Assembly: GCA_049325275.1 (NCBI GenBank)
Contig: JBMOLU010000008.1
Location: forward strand, 93,460-157,459
Source of the DNA: Chloroflexota bacterium
Lineage (GTDB): Bacteria > Chloroflexota > Anaerolineae > Anaerolineales > UBA4823
Direction of reading: 5' to 3'
Length of the DNA stretch: 64,000 nucleotides
Position numbers and translations under genes: made by a program. Shown piece after piece: positions 53,366 through 62,494 of the stretch; positions within the stretch are counted from its first letter, which is position 1; each line of letters begins with the position of its first letter. The notes below the pieces were generated by a model. That model had not been told where the DNA came from. It made no database searches and saw nothing but the letters and a program-made list of their open reading frames with translations.

Positions 53366-54554
53366 CTGGCTGTTTCGCATCGCGCTGGCTGTCAATCTTG
53401 GCCTGGCAATCGCTTATCTTTTGCTGGGGGTTATAGCTTTCCAACAAGGGCTGCTCTGGCGGGCAGACTTCACCGCCTTCTATACGGGTGGCCTGATGGT
53501 CCGGGAGGACGCCGGAAAACAGCTATACGATTACGAGCTGCAAACCCGTTTCCAGCAAGAACTACTTCAGGGGAAAAGCTTTTATGAAGGGTTGCTGCCT
53601 TTCAACTACCCGCCTCACGTAGCCCTGCTGTTTGCACCGCTGGCGCACTTTTCCCGTTCGACTGCGTTTGCGGTTGGGCTTGTCGTTCAATTCGGCCTGC
53701 TGCTATGGTTGCTAAAGAACCTGCTGCGGTTGAGTAAAAACTGGCTGCGCACAGAAAAGATACTGCTCATCAGCGGCGTGTTGGGTTTTTTTCCACTCTT
53801 CTTGAATATGTTGTTGGGGGCGTTTTCTTTGTTTGTCGTCGACTGTTTGCTAGCCTGGTACCTGGCTTTAAAAGAACAAAGGGAAGCCAGGTCCGGCTTG
53901 TGGCTCGTAACAGGCAGCGTCAAGCCGCAAACAGTCATCATCCCTGGCCTGGTACTATTTTTTGGACGCCGTTGGCGGGCCATCCTGGCAATTACCCTGG
54001 GCGGCCTGGGATTGATGCTGTTTACGGCCATTTTTCTTGGTGTGGACATTTGGGCAGACTTTATCCGCATACTACGCCTGAGTTCGTCGTTCTTCGATGA
54101 ATATGGCATCTACCCGTCAGAAATGTACAATCTGAAAGGTACACTGGCGCTCTGGCTAGGCAACTCGCACAAATCTTTAATCAATACCATCAGCCTGGCC
54201 GGGTTCCTGCTGGCGATCGGCGTCACTGCCTGGCTGTGGCGAGGACCCTGGCAACCCACCGAACCTGATTTCGAGCTACGGTTGGCAGTTACACTCATCC
54301 TGGGCATACTCCTGGGAATGCACGTCAACCCACAGGACAGTTTGCTACTCGTAATGCCAGCGCTTCTGTTTTATGAATACCTGCGCCGTATGAATCTGCC
54401 CCGTAAGACTTATGGCGTGTTTTTGTGGGCCTGCCTGCCTTTGTTTTTGGTCGGCGAATTCTCCATTCAAGCACGGCTAGGCATTCGCCTGCCGGTGGTT
54501 GCCATGCTGGTGCTGTTCGGCTGGTCGGGGAAAGCGCTGTGGGATCGGCGATGA
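53343..54554 (+). CDS. GT87/DUF2029-like glycosyltransferase
   Basis: ADFTAFYTGG, FNYPP, VKPQ, HVNPQD. Confidence 0.8.
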   Translation: MQSKAPGNWLFRIALAVNLGLAIAYLLLGVIAFQQGLLWRADFTAFYTGGLMVREDAGKQLYDYELQTRFQQELLQGKSFYEGLLPFNYPPHVALLFAPLAHFSRSTAFAVGLVVQFGLLLWLLKNLLRLSKNWLRTEKILLISGVLGFFPLFLNMLLGAFSLFVVDCLLAWYLALKEQREARSGLWLVTGSVKPQTVIIPGLVLFFGRRWRAILAITLGGLGLMLFTAIFLGVDIWADFIRILRLSSSFFDEYGIYPSEMYNLKGTLALWLGNSHKSLINTISLAGFLLAIGVTAWLWRGPWQPTEPDFELRLAVTLILGILLGMHVNPQDSLLLVMPALLFYEYLRRMNLPRKTYGVFLWACLPLFLVGEFSIQARLGIRLPVVAMLVLFGWSGKALWDRR

Positions 54555-55723
54555 GGCTTCGAAAGGCCTCGTTGTGGGCCTCGTTTGTGATAGCCCTGAT
54601 CGCCCTATTTGCTGTGGCGACACAGTCTCGCTTGAATGGCCTGGAAATGGGAGGAGATTTCGTACAATACTGGTCGGCAGGGCGCTTGAATTTACAGGGC
54701 AAAAGCCCCTACAATGTCGAGCAGTTGGCGGAACTCCAGCGTCCACACGAGCCGGCAGGCGGGCAAGCCTTGATCATGTGGCTACCGCCCTGGGCTTATG
54801 CGCTTGTCATGCCGGTCGGCATGTTACCTTACACTATTGCACGCGTGGCTTGGCTTCTACTCGAAGTCGCGATCGTTTTCGCCTGCACCAACTGGCTGTG
54901 GGCGCACTACCGGGGAGCGAAAGGCTGGGTATGGCTGGCGTGGATCGTCAGCTTTCTGCATTGGGCGACCCTCGAAGCGCTGCGCGGCGGCCAGGTCTCA
55001 CCGTTTGTGTTCGCCGGCGCGGTGTGTTTCCTGGCTGCTATCCAGCGCAAACAGCCGTGGCTGGCAGGAATGTCGCTAGCCCCGGTCCTGCTCAAACCGC
55101 ACTTGCTCTACTTGTTCAGCCTGGCGGCCCTTCTATGGTCGTTCAAAGAACGCCAATGGCGTGTCCTTAGCGGCTGCGGGGTGTCCCTGCTTGCAGGGAC
55201 TGCGCTTGCCTGCCTGCCCAACCGGCACTTACTGGCTCAATATATCGAAAGCGCACGCCAACAACCACCCGATCAGTGGATCACGGCGACAATTGGTGGG
55301 CAGTTACGGCTACACTTTGGTGCCGAACACTTCTGGTTACAGTTTGTTTCTGTGGTAGTGGGCCTGGCCTGGCTCGCCTGGTACTGGCGCCGCCACCACC
55401 ATACATGGAACTGGTGGAAGCGAACGCCTCCCCTGGCAATGGTTTCCCTGGGCACCGCTGCGTATGGTTGGCGGCACGACCAAATAGTCACCTTGCTAGC
55501 AATCTTACCGCTCCTTGCGTGGGTCGTCACAGCAAAGTGGCCTGCCTTATGTAAAGGCATCTTTCTGGGGCTGTACCTCTCGATCAACTGGATCGCAATT
55601 GCTTCTACCCAACCACAAGATTGGTTCTGGTGGCTTCCATGGGCCGTTTTGGCCTGGTACCTTGTTGCGCAGAGGTTACAAAGAAAATTTTCCACACCGG
55701 GGGCGGCAGAGACGATCCCATGA
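54551..55723 (+). CDS. GT87/DUF2029-like glycosyltransferase
   Basis: GDFVQYWSAG, SPY, WLPPW, GQVS, LKPH; ATGA overlap with the upstream gene. Confidence 0.8.
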   Translation: MRLRKASLWASFVIALIALFAVATQSRLNGLEMGGDFVQYWSAGRLNLQGKSPYNVEQLAELQRPHEPAGGQALIMWLPPWAYALVMPVGMLPYTIARVAWLLLEVAIVFACTNWLWAHYRGAKGWVWLAWIVSFLHWATLEALRGGQVSPFVFAGAVCFLAAIQRKQPWLAGMSLAPVLLKPHLLYLFSLAALLWSFKERQWRVLSGCGVSLLAGTALACLPNRHLLAQYIESARQQPPDQWITATIGGQLRLHFGAEHFWLQFVSVVVGLAWLAWYWRRHHHTWNWWKRTPPLAMVSLGTAAYGWRHDQIVTLLAILPLLAWVVTAKWPALCKGIFLGLYLSINWIAIASTQPQDWFWWLPWAVLAWYLVAQRLQRKFSTPGAAETIP

Positions 55724-57279
55724 GAAAAATTATCGGCCAACTGCGCTCAGCCTGGCAAGACGCACCCATCCGTTACGTTTGGTTGGCGCTTCCGCTCGCA
55801 ATTAGTTTTATCGCCATGAACTTTACGCCGCTCAAAGAAGGCGATTTGTGGTGGCATCTCAAGGTCGGCGAGATCGTGCTGGAGAGACGACAGGTTCCTC
55901 AACTGGACGAGTTTACGTTTACGGCATTCCACCAACCCTATTTATTTAACCATAGTTGGTTCAGTGATGTTGTGTTATATTTTAGCGAGCAAGCGGGTGG
56001 GTTGCCGTTGCTCGTTCTCTGGCAATCGCTGATAGCAACAACCATTGCCGGCCTCATCCTGCACGAGAGCCTCGTACGCGGTGCTCCTCCTGCCCTGGCT
56101 GCGGTGCTCACACTGGCAAGTTGGGTGGGAATTTTCCCGTACAGTTCAATCCGGCCACAAGCTTTTTCGTTTTTGAGCTTCACACTCTTCTTTGTCTTAT
56201 GCAGCGACCACACACAGCGGAAGGTGAACCGGCTGTGGTTGTTGCCAGGAGTTATGCTGCTCTGGGTCAATCTGCACGGAGCCTGGATTATGGGTCCGAT
56301 TTTGTGGGCTGTCTACCTGTGCGGCAGCGTGCTGCAGCGTTGGTGGAATCCGTCCCGGGCGGTTTCAGCGTACCCGTTGCTCGCCTGGGGGCTGGCATCC
56401 ATCCTGGTGCTGCCGATTAATCCTTCAGGCCTGGCAGTATATCGCAGCCTGCTTTCGGCCGGAAGCAATGCTATCAACCAACAATTCGTCAGCGAATGGC
56501 AGCCGTTAACCATCACGAACCCACTTTCGTGGGCCTTTTTTGGCCTGCTGGCTTTGTGGATTCTCGGCTTGGCGAATACAACAAAACGCCCGGCCTTGCA
56601 TGAAGTTGTCTTACTTTTGGTATTCGCTGCGTTTGGGCTACGTTATCTGCGTATGCCCCCATTTTTCTTCATCGTTGCTGCCCCGGTCGTTGCAGAAACA
56701 CTGGCCGGCATCCCACTCGATGATCTGAAAGCCCGTCTTGGGCGCCTGCCCGACGTTAGAAGCGAGAAGCGCCAGATCAACATCTTGATCAACCGCGCCT
56801 TCCTGTCCGTAATGCTTGGCGCAGCGGTCTTCAGCATTCCACCAATTCGCGTGGCGCTGGCAAACCAGGACAGCAGCAGCTTGATCAGCCCCCAGTTTCC
56901 CGTCGCAGCAGTGCATGCCTTGAAACAAAATGTGCGACCAGGCACGCGCCTGTACAATCTGGCAGAGTGGGGCGGTTACCTGATCTGGCAAACACACCCG
57001 GATGCCCTGGTTTTTGCTGACGGGCGCGTCGAACTGCTCAATGCGGCAGATTGGGAAGACTACATCACCTTGAGCACCGGCGCCGCAGGTTGGCGCGAGC
57101 TGGTCGAACAGTATCAAATCAGCTACCTGGTTTTGAGCAAAAGTCGCCAGGCAGGCTTAATCCTGAACGCCTATCAGCAAGGCTGGCACTGCCTTTGCGA
57201 AGATGATGTTGCCATCGTCCTGAGCCGCCAGGGAAGCGGCGGGAACTGCCCAAGCCTGGAAAACCGAGACAAGCCATGA
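55720..57279 (+). CDS. GT-C-like membrane protein, D-x-W-W-H family (paralog 1)
   Basis: GDLWWHLKVG, RPQ, WVNLHG, SEWQP, GGYLIW, FADGRVEL. Confidence 0.7.
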   Translation: MRKIIGQLRSAWQDAPIRYVWLALPLAISFIAMNFTPLKEGDLWWHLKVGEIVLERRQVPQLDEFTFTAFHQPYLFNHSWFSDVVLYFSEQAGGLPLLVLWQSLIATTIAGLILHESLVRGAPPALAAVLTLASWVGIFPYSSIRPQAFSFLSFTLFFVLCSDHTQRKVNRLWLLPGVMLLWVNLHGAWIMGPILWAVYLCGSVLQRWWNPSRAVSAYPLLAWGLASILVLPINPSGLAVYRSLLSAGSNAINQQFVSEWQPLTITNPLSWAFFGLLALWILGLANTTKRPALHEVVLLLVFAAFGLRYLRMPPFFFIVAAPVVAETLAGIPLDDLKARLGRLPDVRSEKRQINILINRAFLSVMLGAAVFSIPPIRVALANQDSSSLISPQFPVAAVHALKQNVRPGTRLYNLAEWGGYLIWQTHPDALVFADGRVELLNAADWEDYITLSTGAAGWRELVEQYQISYLVLSKSRQAGLILNAYQQGWHCLCEDDVAIVLSRQGSGGNCPSLENRDKP

Positions 57280-58796
57280 AAACAACCCGTTATCAGCTAC
57301 CAACCTTTTCTGGCCTGAGCACCGCCCAGCTTTGGCCGCTGATCGTCCTGGCAGGCTTTGCCTTCATGGTGTCGCTCGTGCCACTGGCCCCCAACGACTT
57401 CTGGTGGCATTTGAAAATCGGTGAGATCGTCTTCACACAAGGATACGTTCCCGAAACCAATCTGTTCGGTTGGACGCTACCGGCCGATGCGCCATTTTTT
57501 TATGGCGCCTGGCTGGGTGAGTACCTGCTGTACGTACTTTATCACGGGGGGCAACTCGCCCTGGTGACGTTTGCCCGGAACGTGATGATTGTGGCGGCCT
57601 ACTGGCTGGTTGCGTACGAAAGCGTCCGGCGAAGTCGCTCATGGCGCCTGGCAGCATTGGCCGTGGCCGTTGTCGCGCTCAGTACGATCAACAACATGAT
57701 CGTGCGGCCACAGATCTGGTCCTGGTTACCGTTCATGGGTTTCCTGGTTCTGTTGAGCCGCTATGCCGACAGGCAACTGCGCAGGCGCTGGCTGCTGGCG
57801 TTGCCATTGATCATGGTCTTTTGGGTCAACGCGCACGGGGCATTCATCACCGGGCTGGTCATGATCGGCATTTTCTTCGTTGGCGAGGCCGTTCGTACGG
57901 CGTTGAAGGCCGAAGGAGCGCTTCGCTGGCAGCAGGTTGCCTGGATCGGCGCTATCGGGTTGTTGTGTGGCCTGGCAACCGTCATCAACCCACGCTTCTT
58001 CGACATTTTTGCCTACGTACAAGACCTGATGACCGATCGCCCCAGCCAGCGGCTGATCGAAGAGTGGCAGTCGCCGACGCCCACTGGCATCGCCAACGGT
58101 GTCTTCTATGCCAGCATCCTGTTACTACTCGCTGCATTCGCTTACACCCGCTACCGTCCTACGCCGAGCGATGTTTTGCTGCTGGGCGGTTTTCTCTGGC
58201 TGGCTTGGAGTGGGCAACGCTATGTCATCTGGTTCGAAATGATTGCGCTGCCGATCATTTGCCAGGCACTGGCAGCGCTGCCGGTTAAAATGCCCAGGCT
58301 GATTCCACAGAAAAACCGGCTCAACGCGCTTCTGGCAGCGCTTCTCTTCGTCCCCGTTTTGATGGTGCAGCCCTGGTTTGTCGAGAACGTGCCCCTGCCC
58401 GAGCGCTATTGGGCAATCGTACAGCGGCATGCACCGGCAGGGCCGCTGATCGATCGGGCCACACCGCTCGGTGCAGCCGAATACTTACGCCAGCATCCGG
58501 GCGGCAAACTGTTCCAGGAAATGGGGTACGGGAGTTACTTGATTTGGGCCGTGCCCGAGCAAGGGGTCTTTATCGACCCTCGCGTCGAGTTATATCCTTA
58601 CGAACAATGGCAGGACTATATCGAGATCAACCGCGGATACCGCCACAACGAGCTGCTGGAAACCTACGGCGCAGACCGCATCCTGCTGGATAAAAACATC
58701 CAGGCCCAGTTGGCCGGCGCACTCGCCAACGATCCCTTATGGAAGATGGAGTATGAAGACGCCATCTCGCAGATATGGCGTCGTGTGCAACCATGA
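57276..58796 (+). CDS. GT-C-like membrane protein, D-x-W-W-H family (paralog 2)
   Basis: NDFWWHLKIG, RPQ, WVNAHG, EEWQS, GSYLIW, FIDPRVELY. Confidence 0.7.
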   Translation: MKTTRYQLPTFSGLSTAQLWPLIVLAGFAFMVSLVPLAPNDFWWHLKIGEIVFTQGYVPETNLFGWTLPADAPFFYGAWLGEYLLYVLYHGGQLALVTFARNVMIVAAYWLVAYESVRRSRSWRLAALAVAVVALSTINNMIVRPQIWSWLPFMGFLVLLSRYADRQLRRRWLLALPLIMVFWVNAHGAFITGLVMIGIFFVGEAVRTALKAEGALRWQQVAWIGAIGLLCGLATVINPRFFDIFAYVQDLMTDRPSQRLIEEWQSPTPTGIANGVFYASILLLLAAFAYTRYRPTPSDVLLLGGFLWLAWSGQRYVIWFEMIALPIICQALAALPVKMPRLIPQKNRLNALLAALLFVPVLMVQPWFVENVPLPERYWAIVQRHAPAGPLIDRATPLGAAEYLRQHPGGKLFQEMGYGSYLIWAVPEQGVFIDPRVELYPYEQWQDYIEINRGYRHNELLETYGADRILLDKNIQAQLAGALANDPLWKMEYEDAISQIWRRVQP

Positions 58797-59521
58797 GTAT
58801 GTTCAAAACGACCATTGTCATTCCAACATATAACGAAGCCGAAAATGTCCCCCTGATGGCCGACGCCATCTTCAAGCTCGCCATCGAAGGCGTGCAATTG
58901 CTGGTTGTCGATGACGACTCGCCCGACGGTACGGCCACAGTCACCCAAAAAATCGCCGAAAAATACCCCGGCAAAGTCCACCTGTTGCACCGCGTCGGGC
59001 GGCGCGGCCTGGGCAGCGCATACGTTGAGGGCTTCCGCTGGGCGCTCGAAGCAGGCAGCGATTATATCGTGCAAATGGATGCAGATTTTTCGCACCCGCC
59101 CGAGCAGTTACCGGTGCTTTTGCGTTTGATCGCCGATCACGATGTCGTCGTTGGTTCACGCTACGTACCCGGTGGGCGGCTGGACGAACGTTGGGGCTGG
59201 CAGCGCCGTTTTCTCAGTTGGTGGGCCAATTCGGTGTGGGTCCGCTTCTGGTTGGGCCTGAAGACGCACGATGCCACGGCCGGTTATAAATGCTGGCGAG
59301 CCGCGGCGTTGCAGCAGATCGATCTGGGGAACGTCTATTCCAACGGTTACGGCTTCATGGTAGAAATGTGTTACCTGGCCGAACGCGCCGGGTTACGGAT
59401 TTGCGAAACACCGATCTATTTTCGCGAACGCGATCTGGGCAAGAGCAAGATGTCGCTGCGGGTACAACTTCACGCAGCCGTACGCGTGCTCGAAATCCGT
59501 CAACGCCACAACAAGCATTAA
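58793..59521 (+). CDS. ppm1: Polyprenol monophosphomannose synthase (GT2, Ppm1/Dpm1-like)
   Basis: IVIPTYNEAEN, VDDDSPDGT, GLGSAY, QMDADFSHPP, VGSRYVPGG, DATAG, SNGYGF, ETPIYFRER..GKSKM. Confidence 0.88.
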   Translation: MSMFKTTIVIPTYNEAENVPLMADAIFKLAIEGVQLLVVDDDSPDGTATVTQKIAEKYPGKVHLLHRVGRRGLGSAYVEGFRWALEAGSDYIVQMDADFSHPPEQLPVLLRLIADHDVVVGSRYVPGGRLDERWGWQRRFLSWWANSVWVRFWLGLKTHDATAGYKCWRAAALQQIDLGNVYSNGYGFMVEMCYLAERAGLRICETPIYFRERDLGKSKMSLRVQLHAAVRVLEIRQRHNKH

Positions 59522-59586
59522 GGCCTGCCCTTTCCCAGGTACATTCGTCATCAGGAAGAAGGCCAGGCACCACTCAAAGATACCCC

Positions 59587-60825
59587 ATGGCATCTCAAGC
59601 TTTCCTGCAGCGGGCCAACCGCCTGCTTACCCCACAACGTATCAGCTACGCCTGGATCGCCGGCGGCGCCATGTGGCTGGGTTGGTTGATCAGCATCTGG
59701 CTGGGGCCGGGCAAGGTGGACCTTGCCCGGCAGGTGATCGGCGCCGACTACTTGCAGTTTTATGCCGCCGGCCAGACTTTACACCAGGGACAAAGCGCCC
59801 AACTATACGACACGGCGTTTCAGTTTGAACTCGAACAAAAAATCATCGGGCCGGAACTGGTCAACTATCATGCCTTCATCACCCCTCCGTTTTTGGCCTG
59901 GTTATTCGTTCCGTTTTCGTGGCTGCCCTACCTATGGAGCTTCGTTCTATGGAGCTTGTTCGGCCTGCTTTTGTTGCGGTTAAGTCTGAAGGGCCTGGGG
60001 GAGACCGATGGCAGAACCTTCGGTTTGGTAATGACCTGGTACCCGATCTTTGCGGCGATCAGCTTTGGACAAAACAGCCTGCTCAGCCTGGGTATCCTCA
60101 GCCTGGTGTACGTGTTGTGGCGCAAAGGGCTTCTCTGGCAGGCAGGGCTGGTAGCCAGCCTGGTGCTCTACAAACCCCAGTTGGCCTTAGGAATTGGCCT
60201 GCTGTGGTTACTGGAATGGCGCCGGGATTGGAAAGCCCTTGCCGGGCTGACGTTGGGTGGCGCTACGCTGGCAGCGCTTTGTTTTTTGCTATTACCCGAC
60301 GCCAGCCTCGCATATATCCAGTTTGCCCGCACGGTACTGCCCGATTTGCCATCCTGGGAGTCCTTCCCTTTGTGGCACTTACACACGCCACGCGGATTCT
60401 TCCGTTTGCTGTTCCCCGACACGGTTCCTGGCTTCAAATGGCTTGCCGATGGGCTAACGATTCTCCTGACAATTTTCGGCATCTGGACTTTTTACCGTCT
60501 CTGGAAAAACCTGCGCACCGAATATGACATCCTCTTTGGGGCCGCGATTTGCCTGACGTTATGGATCACCCCCCATGCAATGATTTACGACTGGGCCATC
60601 CTGCTGATTCCCGCGGTTTTGCTGTGGCGCAGGCGGCCCGGCTTGCGACGCCTACTGCGCCCGCTGTTCGCCTTCCTGTGGCTGGCTGCTTTCTTGAGCA
60701 GTGCACTGACGGCAGTTCAGCTGAGATTTCTGCCGCTGGCCGTTCAAATCAGCATACCAGTGTTGGCCTATGCGTTGTGGGAAATAAAACGCACCCTGGA
60801 TACACAAGCGCTCGCAGATCCTTGA
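59587..60825 (+). CDS. GT87/DUF2029-like glycosyltransferase
   Basis: ADYLQFYAAG, ITPP, GQNS, YKPQ, PHAMIYDW. Confidence 0.8.
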   Translation: MASQAFLQRANRLLTPQRISYAWIAGGAMWLGWLISIWLGPGKVDLARQVIGADYLQFYAAGQTLHQGQSAQLYDTAFQFELEQKIIGPELVNYHAFITPPFLAWLFVPFSWLPYLWSFVLWSLFGLLLLRLSLKGLGETDGRTFGLVMTWYPIFAAISFGQNSLLSLGILSLVYVLWRKGLLWQAGLVASLVLYKPQLALGIGLLWLLEWRRDWKALAGLTLGGATLAALCFLLLPDASLAYIQFARTVLPDLPSWESFPLWHLHTPRGFFRLLFPDTVPGFKWLADGLTILLTIFGIWTFYRLWKNLRTEYDILFGAAICLTLWITPHAMIYDWAILLIPAVLLWRRRPGLRRLLRPLFAFLWLAAFLSSALTAVQLRFLPLAVQISIPVLAYALWEIKRTLDTQALADP

Positions 60826-60953
60826 ACACTTTACTCGGGTTTTCGGCTTACGGATGGTAGTTCATCCCTTTACAAGCCACCAGAAAGCAGAAAAAGCACA
60901 GCGAGCAAGTACGCAGTCAAGAGCAGGGGCAGGCTTGTTCCGCTGTACGTGGG

Positions 60954-62486
60954 TTACGGTTGGCGAACGAAAACAAGGGCCGCCGTGTCTTCATAAACCA
61001 ACTGCCAGTGTGCCGAAACCCGCACGGCCGCAACCAAGCCGGCCTGTTCAAACGGGCTGAGCATCAGCGTGTTGACACCGTAGGCGGCTAACTCATCTTC
61101 CCACCCAGCGAGCGCCGCGCTGATCTCGATATAGTCCTGCCATACGGATACGGGGTACAGTTCGATGCGTGAATCGACAAAGACGGGGTATTCCGGCTGT
61201 GCGGCCCAGTCGAGATAGCTGCCAAACGACATCGCATGAAAAACATAGCCTGGCCAGTCGTTTTCTAACAAAACTTGCGTGGCACGGACCGGGGTTTCAT
61301 AAGAGATCAATCCGGCCTTTGGTGGTGGAAAAGGTAGCGACTCTTTAAACCAGGGGAGGGAAACAAAACCTAACAACAACAAAAAAGCAAGAATGATCCC
61401 GTTCAAAACCGGCGGTGCAGGTTTCTCGTCCGGATGGGGCGGAAAGCGCTTTACCAGATTCTTTCCAATCCCGGCCAGATGGAAAGCTACGGTCGGCGCC
61501 AGGAATAAACCGAACCAGACACTGCCACGCATGGTCTGCAAACCAAGGGCCGCAAACCCCAGAAAAACGAGCCACTGAAACACACGCGAACGGCGCAGTG
61601 AAAAGAGCAGCAGCAACAGCGCGAACGACAAACCGATGTAAAACAGGCGTCCCCCAAGCGTATCCAGGCCGGGAGCGGCCCATTCAGGGACCATGTTCTG
61701 GATCACCGGGTTGGCGGCCATGCCGCCGACATAACGCAGCACACCTAGGCCGCGCGGGTTCAGCAAACAAGCCAGGCTGGCCAGGGTAAGCGCCAACCCG
61801 CTCGAGTATAGGGATGAAACCTCCCGAGGCCTTTGCTGCCTCGCAACAGGTGCCTGTGCCGTTTCATAGAAACGTGCACGGAAGACAGACACCATGTTCG
61901 CCGCAAACCACGCGCCGAGCAGGGCCAGGCCCATCACGAAACTGCCATGGCTATTAACCCAGACAAGCATCCCCAGGGGAAAAACCAGCAGCCATGCACG
62001 CCTGCCGCCATACTGCAATGCATCGATAGCCCACAAAAACAACGCCCCGATCACAAACGCAATCGCCTGTGGACGCACATTCCAATCGTTGATACCCAGG
62101 GCAGCGGCAAACAGCGCTCCCAACGCCCCGGCGCGCACACTTCTTGACGCGCGCCAGCCGGCGACAAAAGTTACCACGTATGCCGCCGTGATCATCAGCC
62201 CGTGAACGAAAACAACGCCCACAGCCCCACCCCATGTATATAGGGTGTACAGCAGCACTTCCATCAACCAGAAACTCTTATACGAATCGTAAGGCTGGCC
62301 GGCAGCTGTGTAGCTGAAGGTATCGACTTCGGGAATCTCTCCTGTGGACACAATCTCCCTGCCTACGGCAGCATGAAACCAAAAATCGTGCGGGCGCAGT
62401 GGATGGGTGTTCGCGAAGGCAAAAACGCCAATCAAGACAGTGGCGGCCCATAACGTTTCGATGGAGAGAGAAAGGCGTTTTTTCAC
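60954..62486 (-). CDS. GT-C-like membrane protein, D-x-W-W/F-H family (paralog 3)
   Basis: HDFWFHAAVG, RPQ, WVNSHG, PEWAA, GSYLDW, FVDSRIELY; start placed at GTG 62486, just after the upstream stop. Confidence 0.7.
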   Translation of the reverse strand: MKKRLSLSIETLWAATVLIGVFAFANTHPLRPHDFWFHAAVGREIVSTGEIPEVDTFSYTAAGQPYDSYKSFWLMEVLLYTLYTWGGAVGVVFVHGLMITAAYVVTFVAGWRASRSVRAGALGALFAAALGINDWNVRPQAIAFVIGALFLWAIDALQYGGRRAWLLVFPLGMLVWVNSHGSFVMGLALLGAWFAANMVSVFRARFYETAQAPVARQQRPREVSSLYSSGLALTLASLACLLNPRGLGVLRYVGGMAANPVIQNMVPEWAAPGLDTLGGRLFYIGLSFALLLLLFSLRRSRVFQWLVFLGFAALGLQTMRGSVWFGLFLAPTVAFHLAGIGKNLVKRFPPHPDEKPAPPVLNGIILAFLLLLGFVSLPWFKESLPFPPPKAGLISYETPVRATQVLLENDWPGYVFHAMSFGSYLDWAAQPEYPVFVDSRIELYPVSVWQDYIEISAALAGWEDELAAYGVNTLMLSPFEQAGLVAAVRVSAHWQLVYEDTAALVFVRQP

Positions 62487-62494
62487 ACGGAGGC

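Noticed and set aside
54547-54575. GGCGATGAGGC resembling the 5' end of a fluoride riboswitch
   Set aside because: It lies in overlapping coding sequence at a stop/start junction and lacks the pseudoknot partner.
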